Below are positions 28,162 to 28,877 of a stretch of 28,877 bases of DNA, one piece after another; position 1 is the first letter of the stretch, and every line of letters starts with the position of its first letter. The stretch covers positions 1-28,877 of the forward strand of contig JBHHYO010000033.1 of assembly GCA_046757665.1 (NCBI GenBank), in the 5' to 3' direction. The notes under the pieces were generated by a model. It did no database searches, was not told the DNA's origin, and saw only the letters and a list, made by a program, of their open reading frames with translations. The DNA comes from Nitrospinales bacterium. Its GTDB lineage: Bacteria > Nitrospinota > Nitrospinia > Nitrospinales > JAJDAT01. The position numbers and the translations under genes were made by a program.

Positions 28162-28877
28162 ATGTTTACATCCTTCATTGCCAAGCTTTTGGCATTTATT
28201 TTCAGGCAGGTCCGTCCGCCGGGCCGGGTTGCGGCGCTTCCCGCCACGGTTTCCCGGGTGACCGTGGTGTGCACCGGCGGCGTGGGCGACGTGTTGTTAT
28301 CCACCCCGGCCATCCGCGCCATCAAGGAATCCCATCCCCGGTGCCGGCTGACGGCGGTCGTGCATCATAAAAGAATCGACATGCTGAAATTCAACCCGTA
28401 TGTCGATGAACTACTGCCGCTGAAAAAAAGTTTGTTCTATTATGCCAAAATTCACCGACGGCTCAAGGCCGAGCCTCCCGACGTCGTTTTTTTATTTCAT
28501 GCCAACGACCCTTACATTTACTGTCTGGCGTCGCTGGCGTGCCCCGGCGGCCTGGTCGGCTTTCAAAGTCCGAACCCGTTTTCCTTCCTGCTCGGCAGGG
28601 TGTTTGAGTTCGACGGCGCTCTGCACGCCATCGAGAACAACTTGAAACTGGTCGCCCTGATCGGAGCGCGCACCGGCGACCTGTCGATGAACCTTTTCCC
28701 GGGCGATGGCGGCGGGCAGGCGGCCGAGCGGTTTTTCAACAAGGCGCGGTACGCCGTGGGATTCCAGCTGGGTTCCGCCACTAACTCAACAATCCGGGTT
28801 ACCTCGACCTCCTCTCCCTCGACTTCAACCACTTCGGTGACGATTTCGGTGACCTGGACCTCGACCTGCTCTGTAAC
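28162..28877 (+). CDS. GT9 (heptosyltransferase-like) glycosyltransferase, partial; runs off the window, and the 3' ~100 bp look foreign
   Basis: Not in the ORF track (no stop codon). ATG 28162 gives ...CTGGVGDVLLSTPAIRAIKESHP...NPYVDE...HAIE...VGFQLGSA, typical GT9 motifs. Confidence 0.85.
   Translation, partial: MFTSFIAKLLAFIFRQVRPPGRVAALPATVSRVTVVCTGGVGDVLLSTPAIRAIKESHPRCRLTAVVHHKRIDMLKFNPYVDELLPLKKSLFYYAKIHRRLKAEPPDVVFLFHANDPYIYCLASLACPGGLVGFQSPNPFSFLLGRVFEFDGALHAIENNLKLVALIGARTGDLSMNLFPGDGGGQAAERFFNKARYAVGFQLGSATNSTIRVTSTSSPSTSTTSVTISVTWTSTCSV

Noticed and set aside
28190-28206. TGGCAT-N5-TTCA sigma54-like sequence
   Set aside because: The -12 GC is missing and it lies inside the GT9 coding region.

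Overview
GC-rich bacterial chromosomal segment. The protein set resembles Nitrospinota/Nitrospina-like genomes (inference, not tested). It is mostly housekeeping genes: apt, a TPP-riboswitch-controlled thiS-thiG-thiE-thiC operon, rpsT, holA-lptE-leuS, a tandem-domain ThyX, an ArsC-like protein, a PutP-like symporter and LPS-type glycosyltransferases. The most notable element is a clear fluoride (crcB-motif) riboswitch with its own sigma70 promoter. It drives an SLC9B/NHA2-like cation:proton antiporter rather than Fluc or CLC-F, making it a candidate new fluoride-resistance transporter. This module sits between a 2OG-Fe(II) oxygenase and a cytidylyltransferase that resemble phosphonate-lipid pathway genes. 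Other oddities: an AT-rich GGCT-like gene bracketed by inverted REP-like repeats, a sigma54-driven small membrane protein, a receiver-Hpt fusion with an internal RBS, an orphan HigA with a visible higB scar, a CDGSH + TudS/RudS-like operon with palindromic operators, a truncated IS256 transposase, and a probably chimeric last ~100 bp.
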